A stretch of 25,739 bases of DNA from an uncultured Actinomycetes bacterium (GCA_903916775.1 CAIWXY010000158.1:1-25739), one strand, 5' to 3'. Shown: positions 1-8,832, counted from the stretch's first letter. The notes: generated by a model not told the origin, from the letters alone. Program-made: numbers and translations.

Positions 1-2275
1 CGCATACACTTCCTGATAACTGGCAATCCCCAAGTGAAACCTCGTTGCCACCAACAAGCTCTTCAAATAACACAGTGCCGGTTGGGCCGGTTCCGTTATC
101 GCTCACCGTGGCGGCAATCTGCAACCCCGAACCATAAGAAAATGGATTTTCAAGACTTGTAATTTGGGTATGAGTAGGAGCAACCGCAATGATTTGAGTG
201 AGTACAGCAGAAGTACTTCCGGCATGCGTGGAGTCACCTGCATAGGAAGCAGTCATGCTGTGGGTTCCTACTGCTAAGCGATAATAAAAGAGTGTGCAGG
301 TACCTTGGACCAAGGTGCAAGATTTTATGATGCTACTGCCGTCACGAACCTCTACCAAACCAGTTGCCGTTGAATCAGAGGCAGTGGCCGTAAAGTTAAT
401 TGTGTCGTAGTAATCGGCAGAACCATTATCGCTAGTCAGAGTAATAGTGATGCTCTTAAGTCCTACAACCTGTGTGAAATTCGTAGTTGTATCACTGTTA
501 TTTGAATCGCCAGAATAAGAAAAGACTAGTGATTGGCTTCCAATTGTTGCGAAAGTTATTTCCATCGAACACTGACCACTTGCAAGTTGGCAGCTTCCGA
601 CTTGATTACCTGCTTGCGTAGCAGTGACGACTCCGGTTGCTGTTGGATCCAAAGTTGCAAGATAGGTGACACCGCTACTTATCGGAGATGGGTTCGAGCT
701 AGAAGTAATCTGAAGCACTGATTGGCGCTTGCGCACATTCACAATTGCCGAACCAGAGCTGGACAAAAATAGTGAGCCGCCGAGAAACGAAGCTGTGAAT
801 GTCTGTGACCCTACCGTGGTTGGAGAGTAGGAGATCTGACAACTGCCAGAACTTAGATCGCAAGAACCAATCGTGTTGCTGCCATCTTGGAAGTTGACGG
901 TTCCTGATACCGGGGAAGAATCAGTGACGGAAGCTGTAAGAGTTAGTGTCGTGCCTAGATTGATATCGGATGCGTTAGCTGTCAGCGATGTCGTCGTGGC
1001 CGTTGCGCTAGGAGTAGACGCAACCTGACTGAGCGTGGTGCTACTCGCCGAAAAGAGAGAGTCACCTGAGTAAGCAGCAGTTAGCGAGTGCGTGCCACTT
1101 GCTAGCGCCGAGCTGGAATATGTGCACGATCCAGTGCTTAGGGTGCAGGTCGTGAGTGTTGTTGAACCATCTTGCAACGTCACGCTTCCTGTCGGAGTTC
1201 CACCGGACCCACTGACGCTCATCGTCCACGTGACAGAGTGCCCAACAATGGCTGGATTACTTGAACTTGTCAGGGTAGTCGTGGTCGGTGCGAGGGTGGC
1301 ATTTACGACCTGCACAACTGTGGCACTCGAACCTGAATACACACTATCTCCGCCATATTGGAGAGTAATCGTGTGCGAACCCACCGCCAGACTGGAGATG
1401 CTTGTGGAACAACTGCCATTGACCAGCGTGCAATTTGCAAGAGGCGTGGAGTTTTCTAGAAATACAAGGGTTCCTGTTGGAGTTCCCGAGGAACCACTTA
1501 CAACGCCAGTAATTGTTGCGGCGCTTCCAAAATCAGATGGATTCGGAGAACTAGATGCCGCAATTGTAGAAGCTGGCTTTGCAGAAACTATTTCTGTGAT
1601 TGTTGAACTATTGGAGCCAAGGTACGTAACGTCATCGCCAGAATAGGCAGCCCATATCGGTTGGGATCCAACAACTGATGCTGTAGCGGTCATTGAGCAC
1701 GATCCGCTTGCAAGCGTACAAGTACCTATCTGATCATTCGATGCATTTGCGTAAAAAATTATGCCGCCTGTGGGTGTGGGCCCAGGGCCAGATACGGTTG
1801 CCGTATAGGTGAGGTTATCTCCGACAATAGCGTTTGGCTTGCTACTGACCAACGCAGTGGTCGAAGAATAACGAGTAACAACTTCCGTTAGAGGTGCTGA
1901 GATTGAGCTCAGATACCAATTTGATGGTGTGTATGTGCCGACTACTGCATATTCACCACGAGCACTCCAGGTATGAGTTATGGAGCAAGTTCCCACACCA
2001 GCCAAAGTGCATGTACCCAGATCTGTAGAACCATTAGTAAAGTCGACGCTTCCACCTGGGTAGCCAGTACCTGAAGCCACCGTAGCCGTGAGAGTAACTG
2101 GCGTATTTATGGTGACTGGAGATCCAGACGTTGTGATGCTTGTTGTTGTAGGCGACTTAGGCGGCATTGCTGCAGCAAAATTTGGCGAGACCAACCCAAG
2201 CAGCAGTACCGCGGTGGCGATCAGGGCGGTTACACCTATAGAAGATCGGCGCGTAGTTTTTGGTTGGTTTCTCAT
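1..2275 (-). CDS. Large secreted protein with tandem bacterial Ig-like (Big_3-type) repeats; 3' end lies beyond the left edge; at least 758 aa
   Basis: Manual translation of the minus strand from ATG 2275 gives an open frame to position 2 with no stop. It starts with a signal peptide (MRNQPKTTRRSSIGVTALIATAVLLLGLVSPNFAAA). Eight ~90-98 aa Ser/Thr-rich repeats follow, with PTGxVxF, a Cys pair (mostly CxLxxGxC) and YxGD motifs. Missing from the ORF track because it has no stop in the window. Confidence 0.93.
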   Translation of the reverse strand, partial: MRNQPKTTRRSSIGVTALIATAVLLLGLVSPNFAAAMPPKSPTTTSITTSGSPVTINTPVTLTATVASGTGYPGGSVDFTNGSTDLGTCTLAGVGTCSITHTWSARGEYAVVGTYTPSNWYLSSISAPLTEVVTRYSSTTALVSSKPNAIVGDNLTYTATVSGPGPTPTGGIIFYANASNDQIGTCTLASGSCSMTATASVVGSQPIWAAYSGDDVTYLGSNSSTITEIVSAKPASTIAASSSPNPSDFGSAATITGVVSGSSGTPTGTLVFLENSTPLANCTLVNGSCSTSISSLAVGSHTITLQYGGDSVYSGSSATVVQVVNATLAPTTTTLTSSSNPAIVGHSVTWTMSVSGSGGTPTGSVTLQDGSTTLTTCTLSTGSCTYSSSALASGTHSLTAAYSGDSLFSASSTTLSQVASTPSATATTTSLTANASDINLGTTLTLTASVTDSSPVSGTVNFQDGSNTIGSCDLSSGSCQISYSPTTVGSQTFTASFLGGSLFLSSSGSAIVNVRKRQSVLQITSSSNPSPISSGVTYLATLDPTATGVVTATQAGNQVGSCQLASGQCSMEITFATIGSQSLVFSYSGDSNNSDTTTNFTQVVGLKSITITLTSDNGSADYYDTINFTATASDSTATGLVEVRDGSSIIKSCTLVQGTCTLFYYRLAVGTHSMTASYAGDSTHAGSTSAVLTQIIAVAPTHTQITSLENPFSYGSGLQIAATVSDNGTGPTGTVLFEELVGGNEVSLGDCQLSGSVC

Positions 2276-2281
2276 GCCATA

Positions 2282-2287
2282 AGTCTA
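2282..2287 (-). promoter_or_regulatory. -10 box TAGACT, leaderless promoter of the Ig-repeat gene
   Basis: TAGACT-tatggc-ATG(2275): TANNNT with the same 6-nt spacing seen at 11 other genes in the window. Confidence 0.6.
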
Positions 2288-2355
2288 GAAAGGTAGCTGA
2301 GCTACGACTAGGGCTTGAGCGACTTAATCTAGGGCGACAGAAGCGGGCCCTTATA

Positions 2356-2430
2356 TGGAGCCCCCCGTCAGGATTGAACTGACGACCTTCCGCTTACAAG
2401 GCGGATGCTCTACCACTGAGCTAGGGAGGC
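2356..2430 (-). tRNA. tRNA-Thr(UGU), CCA encoded
   Basis: GCCTCCC-TA-GCTC-AGTGGTA-GAGC-A-TCCGC-CT-TGT-AA-GCGGA-AGGTC-GTCAG-TTCAATC-CTGAC-GGGGGGC-TCCA folds into a full cloverleaf with anticodon TGT. Confidence 0.97.
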
Positions 2431-2543
2431 GCTGGTGAAGGCGTAATTATTACACGAGAAAAGAATAGTTCCTAACCGGGCTGGCGCTTGAGGACCAAAA
2501 GCACTGGCTAATGCTGTTCCACGCGAAATCACGCGCCATTCGG

Positions 2544-2549
2544 TAAGTT
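2544..2549 (+). promoter_or_regulatory. -10 box TAAGTT, leaderless promoter of ppx
   Basis: TAAGTT-ctgccc-ATG(2556). Confidence 0.6.
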
Positions 2550-2555
2550 CTGCCC

Positions 2556-3500
2556 ATGCGCCTAGGAGTCCTCGATGTTGGGTCAAATACCATCCACTTA
2601 CAGGTGGTCGATACACACCCCGGAGCGCGCCCTAATCCGACCTTCAACTACAAAGAAGAGTTACGTCTCACCGAGTTCCTTACGCCAGATAACGAAATTA
2701 ATGCGCAAGGAATTGAGACACTTCGAAAGACTATTAAGCGCGCAGTAGATGAAGCTCGTCGTGTGAAAGTTGAAGAGTTGCTTCCTTTTGCAACATCAGC
2801 GCTACGTGAAGCTAACAATGGCGAAGCCATTATCAAGGCAATGAACAGCGACTTTGAGATTGATCTTCAGGTGCTTAGCGGTGAAGATGAAGCAAAGCTC
2901 ACCTTCTTAGCAGCACGTCGCTGGTTTGGTTGGTCGAGTGGAAGACTCCTCGTTGTCGACATCGGTGGCGGCTCACTAGAAATCGGTGTGGGAGTAGATG
3001 AGTCTCCAGAAGTAGCAACTTCGCTACCGCTTGGCGCATCTCGCTTGACTCAGAAATTCTTGAGTGGCGATCCATATACAGAAAAGGGAATTCGCGCAAT
3101 GCGCGAACATATCGAGAGCCAACTCGAATCTGTTTTGCCAGCACTCGTCAAACATCAAGATACAGATCGTGCAATCGCAACCAGCAAGACGCTGCGAACA
3201 CTCGCAAGACTCTGCGGTGATTGGTTCGATGGCAATGGAAAGACAATCAAAGTAGATGCCATCCGCAAGATCTCAAGCCGTCTTTCGGGGATGAGTTATG
3301 ACGAGCGCGCGCGACTTCCAGGTGTGTCAGGCAACCGTGCACGTCAGATTGTTGCCGGTGCATATGTCACTGAGAGCGTCATGCGTAATTTGGATCTGCG
3401 TGAATTAGAGATCTGTCCTTGGGCTCTTCGCGAAGGTGTCGTACTTAAGTGGATGGACTGGATGGAATCAGGCTCTGAATTCCATAAGCCCATCAAGTAA
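2556..3500 (+). CDS. ppx: Ppx/GppA family exopolyphosphatase (PPX1/Rv0496 type)
   Basis: ASKHA motifs LGVLDVGSNTIHL, ATSALREA, EDEAKL, DIGGGSLE and WALREG; 314 aa with no C-terminal HD domain. Confidence 0.92.
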   Translation: MRLGVLDVGSNTIHLQVVDTHPGARPNPTFNYKEELRLTEFLTPDNEINAQGIETLRKTIKRAVDEARRVKVEELLPFATSALREANNGEAIIKAMNSDFEIDLQVLSGEDEAKLTFLAARRWFGWSSGRLLVVDIGGGSLEIGVGVDESPEVATSLPLGASRLTQKFLSGDPYTEKGIRAMREHIESQLESVLPALVKHQDTDRAIATSKTLRTLARLCGDWFDGNGKTIKVDAIRKISSRLSGMSYDERARLPGVSGNRARQIVAGAYVTESVMRNLDLRELEICPWALREGVVLKWMDWMESGSEFHKPIK

Positions 3501-3525
3501 ATTTGGTGCTTTGGTCTGCTATCTC

Positions 3526-4416
3526 CTAGATAGTTGGAGCCTCTAACCGATCTACCTGCAGTACCTTCTTCTTATCATGGTGCACGATCCATGCCTCGCC
3601 AGGCTGGAGTTTGTTATCTGGATAATCGAAATCAATCTTCTTAGTCAGCTTCTCCATCATCCGAGGAAGCACCGGATTGTGGCTGCAGAGAAGCGCTGCT
3701 TGATTGATCTTAATAAGGTCTTTGGCGTACTCGATAGCCTTTTCTTTATTCTTCTTAAATGTGTACTCGCTCAACGCTCCCTTAACTTTGGGATCGAGCT
3801 TCAAGATGCGACAGATTCCAGCGACAGTATCAAAACAGCGAACGGCATCAGAAGTATGCACTTCCTCGATTCCATAGACTTGATAGATCGCATGCATGCG
3901 CTTGGCTTGCTGTTGGCCAATCAGATCAAGTGGGCGATCTTCATCATCACCCTGCCATTCGCTACGCTCTAGCGCCTTAGCGTGGCGGAGCATGATGAGT
4001 GGGTATGAGTCATACGGAATGTCATCAAACTTCTGTAGGACCTCGCGGTCACTCTCGCGAGTGAGACGAACTTCGGCTTCCTCGAGTGGCAACCACTCCA
4101 TCTCATCTACTTCATCGTTAGGGACAAATGGCGGAACATTTCCAATAACTTTCGCTGCCCAGTATGTGACTTGCTTAAGTCCATCTGGAACGAAATATTC
4201 AACCGAATCAACAAGCGGTCCCAACTGAACCTTCAAGCCGGTCTCTTCCATGATTTCGCGATACGCGCATGCGATGAGAGGTTCGCCTTCTTCAAGTTTT
4301 CCTTTAGGCAGCGACCAATCGTCATACCGTGGGCGGTGAACTACACAGATCTCAACTTCACCTGCAATATTGCGGCGCCAGACAACTCCACCTGCTGCTA
4401 TTACGGCGGGGGTCAT
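3526..4416 (-). CDS. mutT1: MutT1-type Nudix hydrolase fused to a histidine-phosphatase (SixA/PGM-like) domain
   Basis: Nudix box GKLEEGEPLIACAYREIMEETG, HRPRYDDWSLPKG and a second domain with LRHAKA. Start set at ATG 4416, which overlaps the ppk1 stop (ATGA), rather than 4434. Confidence 0.88.
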   Translation of the reverse strand: MTPAVIAAGGVVWRRNIAGEVEICVVHRPRYDDWSLPKGKLEEGEPLIACAYREIMEETGLKVQLGPLVDSVEYFVPDGLKQVTYWAAKVIGNVPPFVPNDEVDEMEWLPLEEAEVRLTRESDREVLQKFDDIPYDSYPLIMLRHAKALERSEWQGDDEDRPLDLIGQQQAKRMHAIYQVYGIEEVHTSDAVRCFDTVAGICRILKLDPKVKGALSEYTFKKNKEKAIEYAKDLIKINQAALLCSHNPVLPRMMEKLTKKIDFDYPDNKLQPGEAWIVHHDKKKVLQVDRLEAPTI

Positions 4417-6494
4417 TCGCGAGCTCGATACCACTCGATAGCGTTGGTGTGAAAATCCTTCAATCTGACTCCTTGGCTATCGGTCTTAACCTCGAGCCAT
4501 GTGCCATCGGGCTGCATAGTCCAATGAACTGTCTCATCAGAGAGGTAGGAATCGAGAGCTCCGAGCAGGAAGCGCTTATGGTCGCTCTGAGTGATCTGGA
4601 CCAAACTCTCCACGCGGCGATCCAAATTACGATGCATCAAATCTGCGCTACCAATATAAATCTCATCATTTCCACCATTGAGGAAGTGGAAGACACGAGA
4701 GTGCTCAAGGAAACGTCCCAGTATTGAACGCGCGGTTATGTTCTCTGATAGGCCTGGTACGCCCACTCGTATCGCACAGATTCCGCGGACGATCAATTCG
4801 ATTTTTACACCAGCACTTGAAGCTTTGTAGAGCGCCTCGATAAAACCTTCATCCAATATCGCGTTGAGCTTCATGCGAATAAGTGCAGGTTTGCCAGCTT
4901 TGTGATTGTCGATCTCGCGGTCAATGCGCTCCATAAGTCCTGAGCGAATAGTGCGCGGTGCGACTAAGAGACGAGTAAATGCTGTCTGTGGTGCAAATCC
5001 AGAGAGTTGGTTGAAAAGTTTGTTGACATCTTCTCCCAAAACTGGATCTGCAGAGAGGATTCCAAAATCCTCGTACAAGCGAGCAGTCTTTGGGTTGTAG
5101 TTACCAGTGCCCATGTGCACGTAACGTCTAATTCCATTGGTCTCTTGACGAACCACCAGCGAAAGTTTGGCGTGGGTCTTAAGGCCGATCAGCCCATAGA
5201 CAACGTGGACACCAGCATCTTCCAATTTTCGAGCCCAACGCACGTTTGCGAGCTCATCAAAGCGTGCACGGATTTCGATAACCGCAAGAACTTGCTTGCC
5301 TGCTTCTGCTGCCTCAATTAGTGCTTGCACGATTGGTGAGTCACCTGATGTGCGATAGAGGGTCTGCTTGATAGCAAGTACATGTGGATCAGTTGCAGCA
5401 GACTGCAAGAAACGCACTACAGATGCGGTAAATGACTCATATGGGTGGTGCAAGATGATCTCGCGGCGACGGATCGCATCGAAGAATTCATCAGTCGATT
5501 CACTATCGATATCGCGCAGATCAGGCGGGACTTGGCTTCTAAATGGTGGGAAGCGAAGCTCTGGCATATCGATATCCGCAATCTGGTTAAGACCGGTGAG
5601 ATCGAGCGGCTCTTTGTAGCGGCTGATGTCCTCTTCTTTAACGTTGAGTTCATCCATAAGTGTGCGCAGCAACTCTGGCTCAATATCGCGATCTACTTCT
5701 AGGCGCACAGGTGGACCAAATTTACGACGGAGCAGCTCTTGCTCCATTGAGGCAAGGAGATCTTCAGACTCTTCTTCTTCGAGTTCGAGATCGGCGTTAC
5801 GAGTTAAGCGGAAGGTGTAATGATCTTTCACTGTCATGCCCTGGAAGAGCTCAGACAAGTTAGCAATGATGACTTCTTCCATTGGCACAAAGCGACGTGA
5901 TCCTTCTTTGCCAGTCTCGACAAAACGAGGCAAATTAGATGGCACTTTGACGCGAGCAAATAAATCTTCTTGTGTCTCTGGGTTAGTCACTACAACTGCG
6001 AGATTGAGCGAGAGACCAGAGATGTATGGGAATGGGTGTGAAGGATCTACGGCTAGCGGTGTGAGCACTGGGAAGATCTTGGTATGGAACACCTTGTTGA
6101 CTGCGGCGCGCTCTGCGTCGTCGAGTGATGCCCACGTCGCAATTTCAATTTTGTACTTAGCCAACTCTGGCAAAATAACTTCGTGGAATGCGCGTGATTG
6201 ACGCTGCAAAAGTTCTTGCGTCTTCTGAGAGATCTCTGTCATCAGCTGGTTGGGTGTGTACCCGGCTGTGTTGACTTTAGTAACGCCACTTTCTAGCTTT
6301 CTTTTGAGAGTGGCTACGCGGATCATGTAAAAGTCATCGAGGTTAGATGAGAAGATCGCAAGGAAGCGACAGCGCTCGAGAAGTGGAGTTGCAGGATCTT
6401 CTGCCAACTCCAAGACGCGTTGATTGAAGGCAAGCCAGGTCAATTCGCGATCGATAAGGCGACCGCGTGGATCTACTGAAATCTCGTGCGACAT
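4413..6494 (-). CDS. ppk1: Polyphosphate kinase 1
   Basis: DRELTWLAFNQRVL, LERCRFLAIFSSNLDDFYMIRVA, LHHPYESF, IKQTLYRTS, ARFDE, KTHAK, GTGNYN, RFLEHSR and SADLMHRNLDRRVE. ATG 6494 is preferred over GTG 6512 because of the promoter geometry. Confidence 0.97.
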   Translation of the reverse strand: MSHEISVDPRGRLIDRELTWLAFNQRVLELAEDPATPLLERCRFLAIFSSNLDDFYMIRVATLKRKLESGVTKVNTAGYTPNQLMTEISQKTQELLQRQSRAFHEVILPELAKYKIEIATWASLDDAERAAVNKVFHTKIFPVLTPLAVDPSHPFPYISGLSLNLAVVVTNPETQEDLFARVKVPSNLPRFVETGKEGSRRFVPMEEVIIANLSELFQGMTVKDHYTFRLTRNADLELEEEESEDLLASMEQELLRRKFGPPVRLEVDRDIEPELLRTLMDELNVKEEDISRYKEPLDLTGLNQIADIDMPELRFPPFRSQVPPDLRDIDSESTDEFFDAIRRREIILHHPYESFTASVVRFLQSAATDPHVLAIKQTLYRTSGDSPIVQALIEAAEAGKQVLAVIEIRARFDELANVRWARKLEDAGVHVVYGLIGLKTHAKLSLVVRQETNGIRRYVHMGTGNYNPKTARLYEDFGILSADPVLGEDVNKLFNQLSGFAPQTAFTRLLVAPRTIRSGLMERIDREIDNHKAGKPALIRMKLNAILDEGFIEALYKASSAGVKIELIVRGICAIRVGVPGLSENITARSILGRFLEHSRVFHFLNGGNDEIYIGSADLMHRNLDRRVESLVQITQSDHKRFLLGALDSYLSDETVHWTMQPDGTWLEVKTDSQGVRLKDFHTNAIEWYRARE

Positions 6495-6511
6495 GCGGGT
6501 ATTTTCCCTCA

Positions 6512-6544
6512 CTTAGGTGAACAGAAGGTGTCTTTTAAGCGTCT
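6512..6544 (-). promoter_or_regulatory. Candidate RegX3/PhoP-type operator (three 11-nt phased units) upstream of ppk1
   Basis: Minus strand reads AGACGCTTAAA / AGACACCTTCT / GTTCACCTAAG. Only the proximal unit has the GTTCA core. Confidence 0.4.
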
Positions 6545-6589
6545 TTTCTGGCCCTGCGCCAGCTGGTGTCGGATAGGACTTACTCGAAC

Positions 6590-7432
6590 TTACTCAGTGA
6601 CCGCTTCCGCGCGGGCTACAGAGATCTGATGAAGAACGATTGCCGTCGCAACGCTTGCATTGAGAGACTCAACGCTGGATTGCATTGGGATCGAAAGAAT
6701 CAGATCGCACTTCTCTCGCACCAAACGAGAAAGACCTTTGCCTTCACTTCCTACGATGACGTAGACAGGTTCCTTGGCAAGTGAGAACTTAGGTAGCGCC
6801 TCGTCGCCCTCGGCATCTAGACCCACTACGAAGTAACCAGCTTTCTTGGCATCTTCAAGTGAGCGGACCAGATTTGTGACTTGTGAGATTGGTAGACGCG
6901 CTGCTGCTCCAGCAGATGATTTCCAGGCAGAGCCTGTCATTGCAGCAGTGCGGCGTTCTGGAATGACAACTCCATCTGCTCCAAATGCTGCAGCTGAACG
7001 AACGATTGCTCCAAGATTGTGTGGATCCGTAACGCCATCTAGACCGATAAGAAGTCCAGGGCTCTTTGCCTTATTAATCAAATCTTCGAAGGTCGCATAC
7101 TTAAATGGCAGGATCACTAGCGCAATACCTTGGTGTGTGGTTGTGCCCGTAAGTCCATCAAGAATTCCGCGCGCAACTTCTTTAATAATCAGATTCTGAT
7201 TCTTCGCTAAGCGCATAGATTCACTCATGCGTTCATCGATCTCAGCGCGCTCTGCAATAAGAAGTTCTTTTGCCGGAACTTTTGCACGCAGCGCTTCTAG
7301 TACTGGATTGCGACCAGCCACAGCATCAGAGCTTGGACGTGTTTCGCGACGAGATTCTGGACGGCGAGTTTGTTCACGCTTCTTATTTGTCTGCGCTGCT
7401 TCGCTCGCGCGACGCTTCTTGCCCGGGCGCAC
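6590..7432 (-). CDS. rlmB: 23S rRNA (guanosine-2'-O)-methyltransferase RlmB (SpoU family)
   Basis: GRNPVLEALRA, LDGVTDPHNLGAIVRSAAAFG, GSEGKGL and ESLNASVA; the GTG start overlaps the cysS stop; conserved cysS-rlmB order. Confidence 0.93.
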   Translation of the reverse strand: MRPGKKRRASEAAQTNKKREQTRRPESRRETRPSSDAVAGRNPVLEALRAKVPAKELLIAERAEIDERMSESMRLAKNQNLIIKEVARGILDGLTGTTTHQGIALVILPFKYATFEDLINKAKSPGLLIGLDGVTDPHNLGAIVRSAAAFGADGVVIPERRTAAMTGSAWKSSAGAAARLPISQVTNLVRSLEDAKKAGYFVVGLDAEGDEALPKFSLAKEPVYVIVGSEGKGLSRLVREKCDLILSIPMQSSVESLNASVATAIVLHQISVARAEAVTE

Positions 7433-8820
7433 TAGTTAATGCTCCAACGTGTACCTGCGGCTGTATCTTCGATGATGACTCCTATTGCTGCTAATTGATC
7501 ACGAATTGCATCTGAACTCTCAAAATCTTTACGTGCACGAGCTGCCTTACGCTGTTCAAGTGCAAGCGCTACTAAACCATCGAGAACTTCTGAACTGGTG
7601 CCAGATTCAGAAGCGAAAATAGGATCGAATGGATCGCAACCAAGGATGCCCAGCGCACCACGAATTTCACTAGCCTGCGTAGCTATTACAGCGGTATCAC
7701 CAGAAGTGACTGCTGTATTTCCTACGCGGACGTTCTCCGAAATGAGCGCGAGAGCCTGCGGGACAGCTAGATCCTCATTCATGGCTGCAGCAAAATCTGG
7801 AGCAATGACTGGATCTGGGAGATAACCCAAGACCTCGGTGGCACGCTTTAAGAAGCCTTCGATGCGGCGGAAATTCACGGCTGATTCTTCTAGCGCTTCA
7901 AATGAGAACTCGAGCATCGAGCGATAGTGCGCGCTTCCCAAATACCAACGAAGCTCTATGCCGCGAACCTTATTGAGTAGCTCGTGCACCTGAAGTGAGT
8001 TACCTAAAGATTTGGACATCTTCTCGCCAGAAGCAGTAACCCAAGCGTTGTGCATCCAGATATTGGCAAAGCCGTATCCAGCTGCTTGTGATTGGGCAAT
8101 CTCATTTTCGTGATGAGGGAAGATTAAATCGAGTCCGCCGCCATGAATATCAAAGTTCTCGCCCAGGTATGTGTGAGCCATTGCCGAGCATTCGATATGC
8201 CAACCTGGTCGACCATCGCCCCATGGAGTTGGCCATGACGGCTCCCCTGGCTTGGCAGATTTCCAGAGCGCAAAATCACGTGGATCACGCTTAAAAGTAT
8301 TTTCGATATCTTCGGCTGATTGCAGATCATCCAGCTTTTGATTCGAGAGAGTCAAGTACGAAGAAAGTTTTCTTACCTCTAGATAAACATCCCCATTGCC
8401 TGGTGCATATGCCGCACCTTTTTCAATGAGCTTCTGCATGAGTTCAATCATCTGAGTGATGTGACCAGTAGCGCGTGGCTCATAGGTTGGAGGCAGAACA
8501 TTGAGAGCTCGATACGCCTCGGTGAATGCGCGCTCATACTTCATGGCAACAGCCCACCAAGGCATCTCTTCGGTTACAGACTTTTGCAGAATTTTGTCAT
8601 CGATATCTGTGACGTTGCGAATGAATGTGACATCAAAACCACTGGCTAACAACCAACGGCGCAAAATATCGAAGTTCACTCCGCTACGGACGTGTCCGAT
8701 ATGCGGCGGTGCTTGAACGGTGGCACCACAGAGATAAATACCGACGTTACCTGGCATGAGTGGCTTGAACTCACTCACGGCTCGGGTCGCGGTGTTATAT
8801 AACTTTAGTGGCGCAGACAT
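7432..8820 (-). CDS. cysS: Cysteine--tRNA ligase
   Basis: YLCGATVQAPPHIGH, DFALWK, GRPGWHIECSAM, HGGGLDLIFPHHENE and KMSKS. Confidence 0.98.
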   Translation of the reverse strand: MSAPLKLYNTATRAVSEFKPLMPGNVGIYLCGATVQAPPHIGHVRSGVNFDILRRWLLASGFDVTFIRNVTDIDDKILQKSVTEEMPWWAVAMKYERAFTEAYRALNVLPPTYEPRATGHITQMIELMQKLIEKGAAYAPGNGDVYLEVRKLSSYLTLSNQKLDDLQSAEDIENTFKRDPRDFALWKSAKPGEPSWPTPWGDGRPGWHIECSAMAHTYLGENFDIHGGGLDLIFPHHENEIAQSQAAGYGFANIWMHNAWVTASGEKMSKSLGNSLQVHELLNKVRGIELRWYLGSAHYRSMLEFSFEALEESAVNFRRIEGFLKRATEVLGYLPDPVIAPDFAAAMNEDLAVPQALALISENVRVGNTAVTSGDTAVIATQASEIRGALGILGCDPFDPIFASESGTSSEVLDGLVALALEQRKAARARKDFESSDAIRDQLAAIGVIIEDTAAGTRWSIN

Positions 8821-8826
8821 TAGGCA

Positions 8827-8832
8827 ATTCTA
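8827..8832 (-). promoter_or_regulatory. -10 box TAGAAT of cysS, whose TAG is the ispDF stop codon
   Basis: TAG(stop)AAT-tgccta-ATG(8820). Confidence 0.6.

Noticed and set aside
2272-2280. Mini-ORF ATG-GCA-TGA overlapping the Ig-repeat gene start
   Set aside because: The upstream ATG lies within the 6-nt spacer before the predicted transcription start, so it would not be on the leaderless mRNA; probably chance.
533-2282. Plus-strand ORFs 533-721, 1092-1646 and 2088-2282
   Set aside because: Antisense shadows of the Ser/Thr-rich Ig-repeat gene; no independent motifs or start signals.
2297-2304. CTGAGCTA shared between the spacer and the tRNA D-arm (2416-2423), considered as a tRNA remnant or att site
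   Set aside because: Only 8 nt and from the 5' half of the tRNA; att duplications normally involve the 3' end.
2331-2351. Weak hairpin AGGGC-N11-GCCCT downstream of the tRNA
   Set aside because: Five-bp stem, long loop and no U-tract; not supportable as an intrinsic terminator.
6578-6595. Direct repeat ACTTACTC x2 at the rlmB stop
   Set aside because: Looks like a tiny local duplication of the stop region; no third copy and no link to a known operator.
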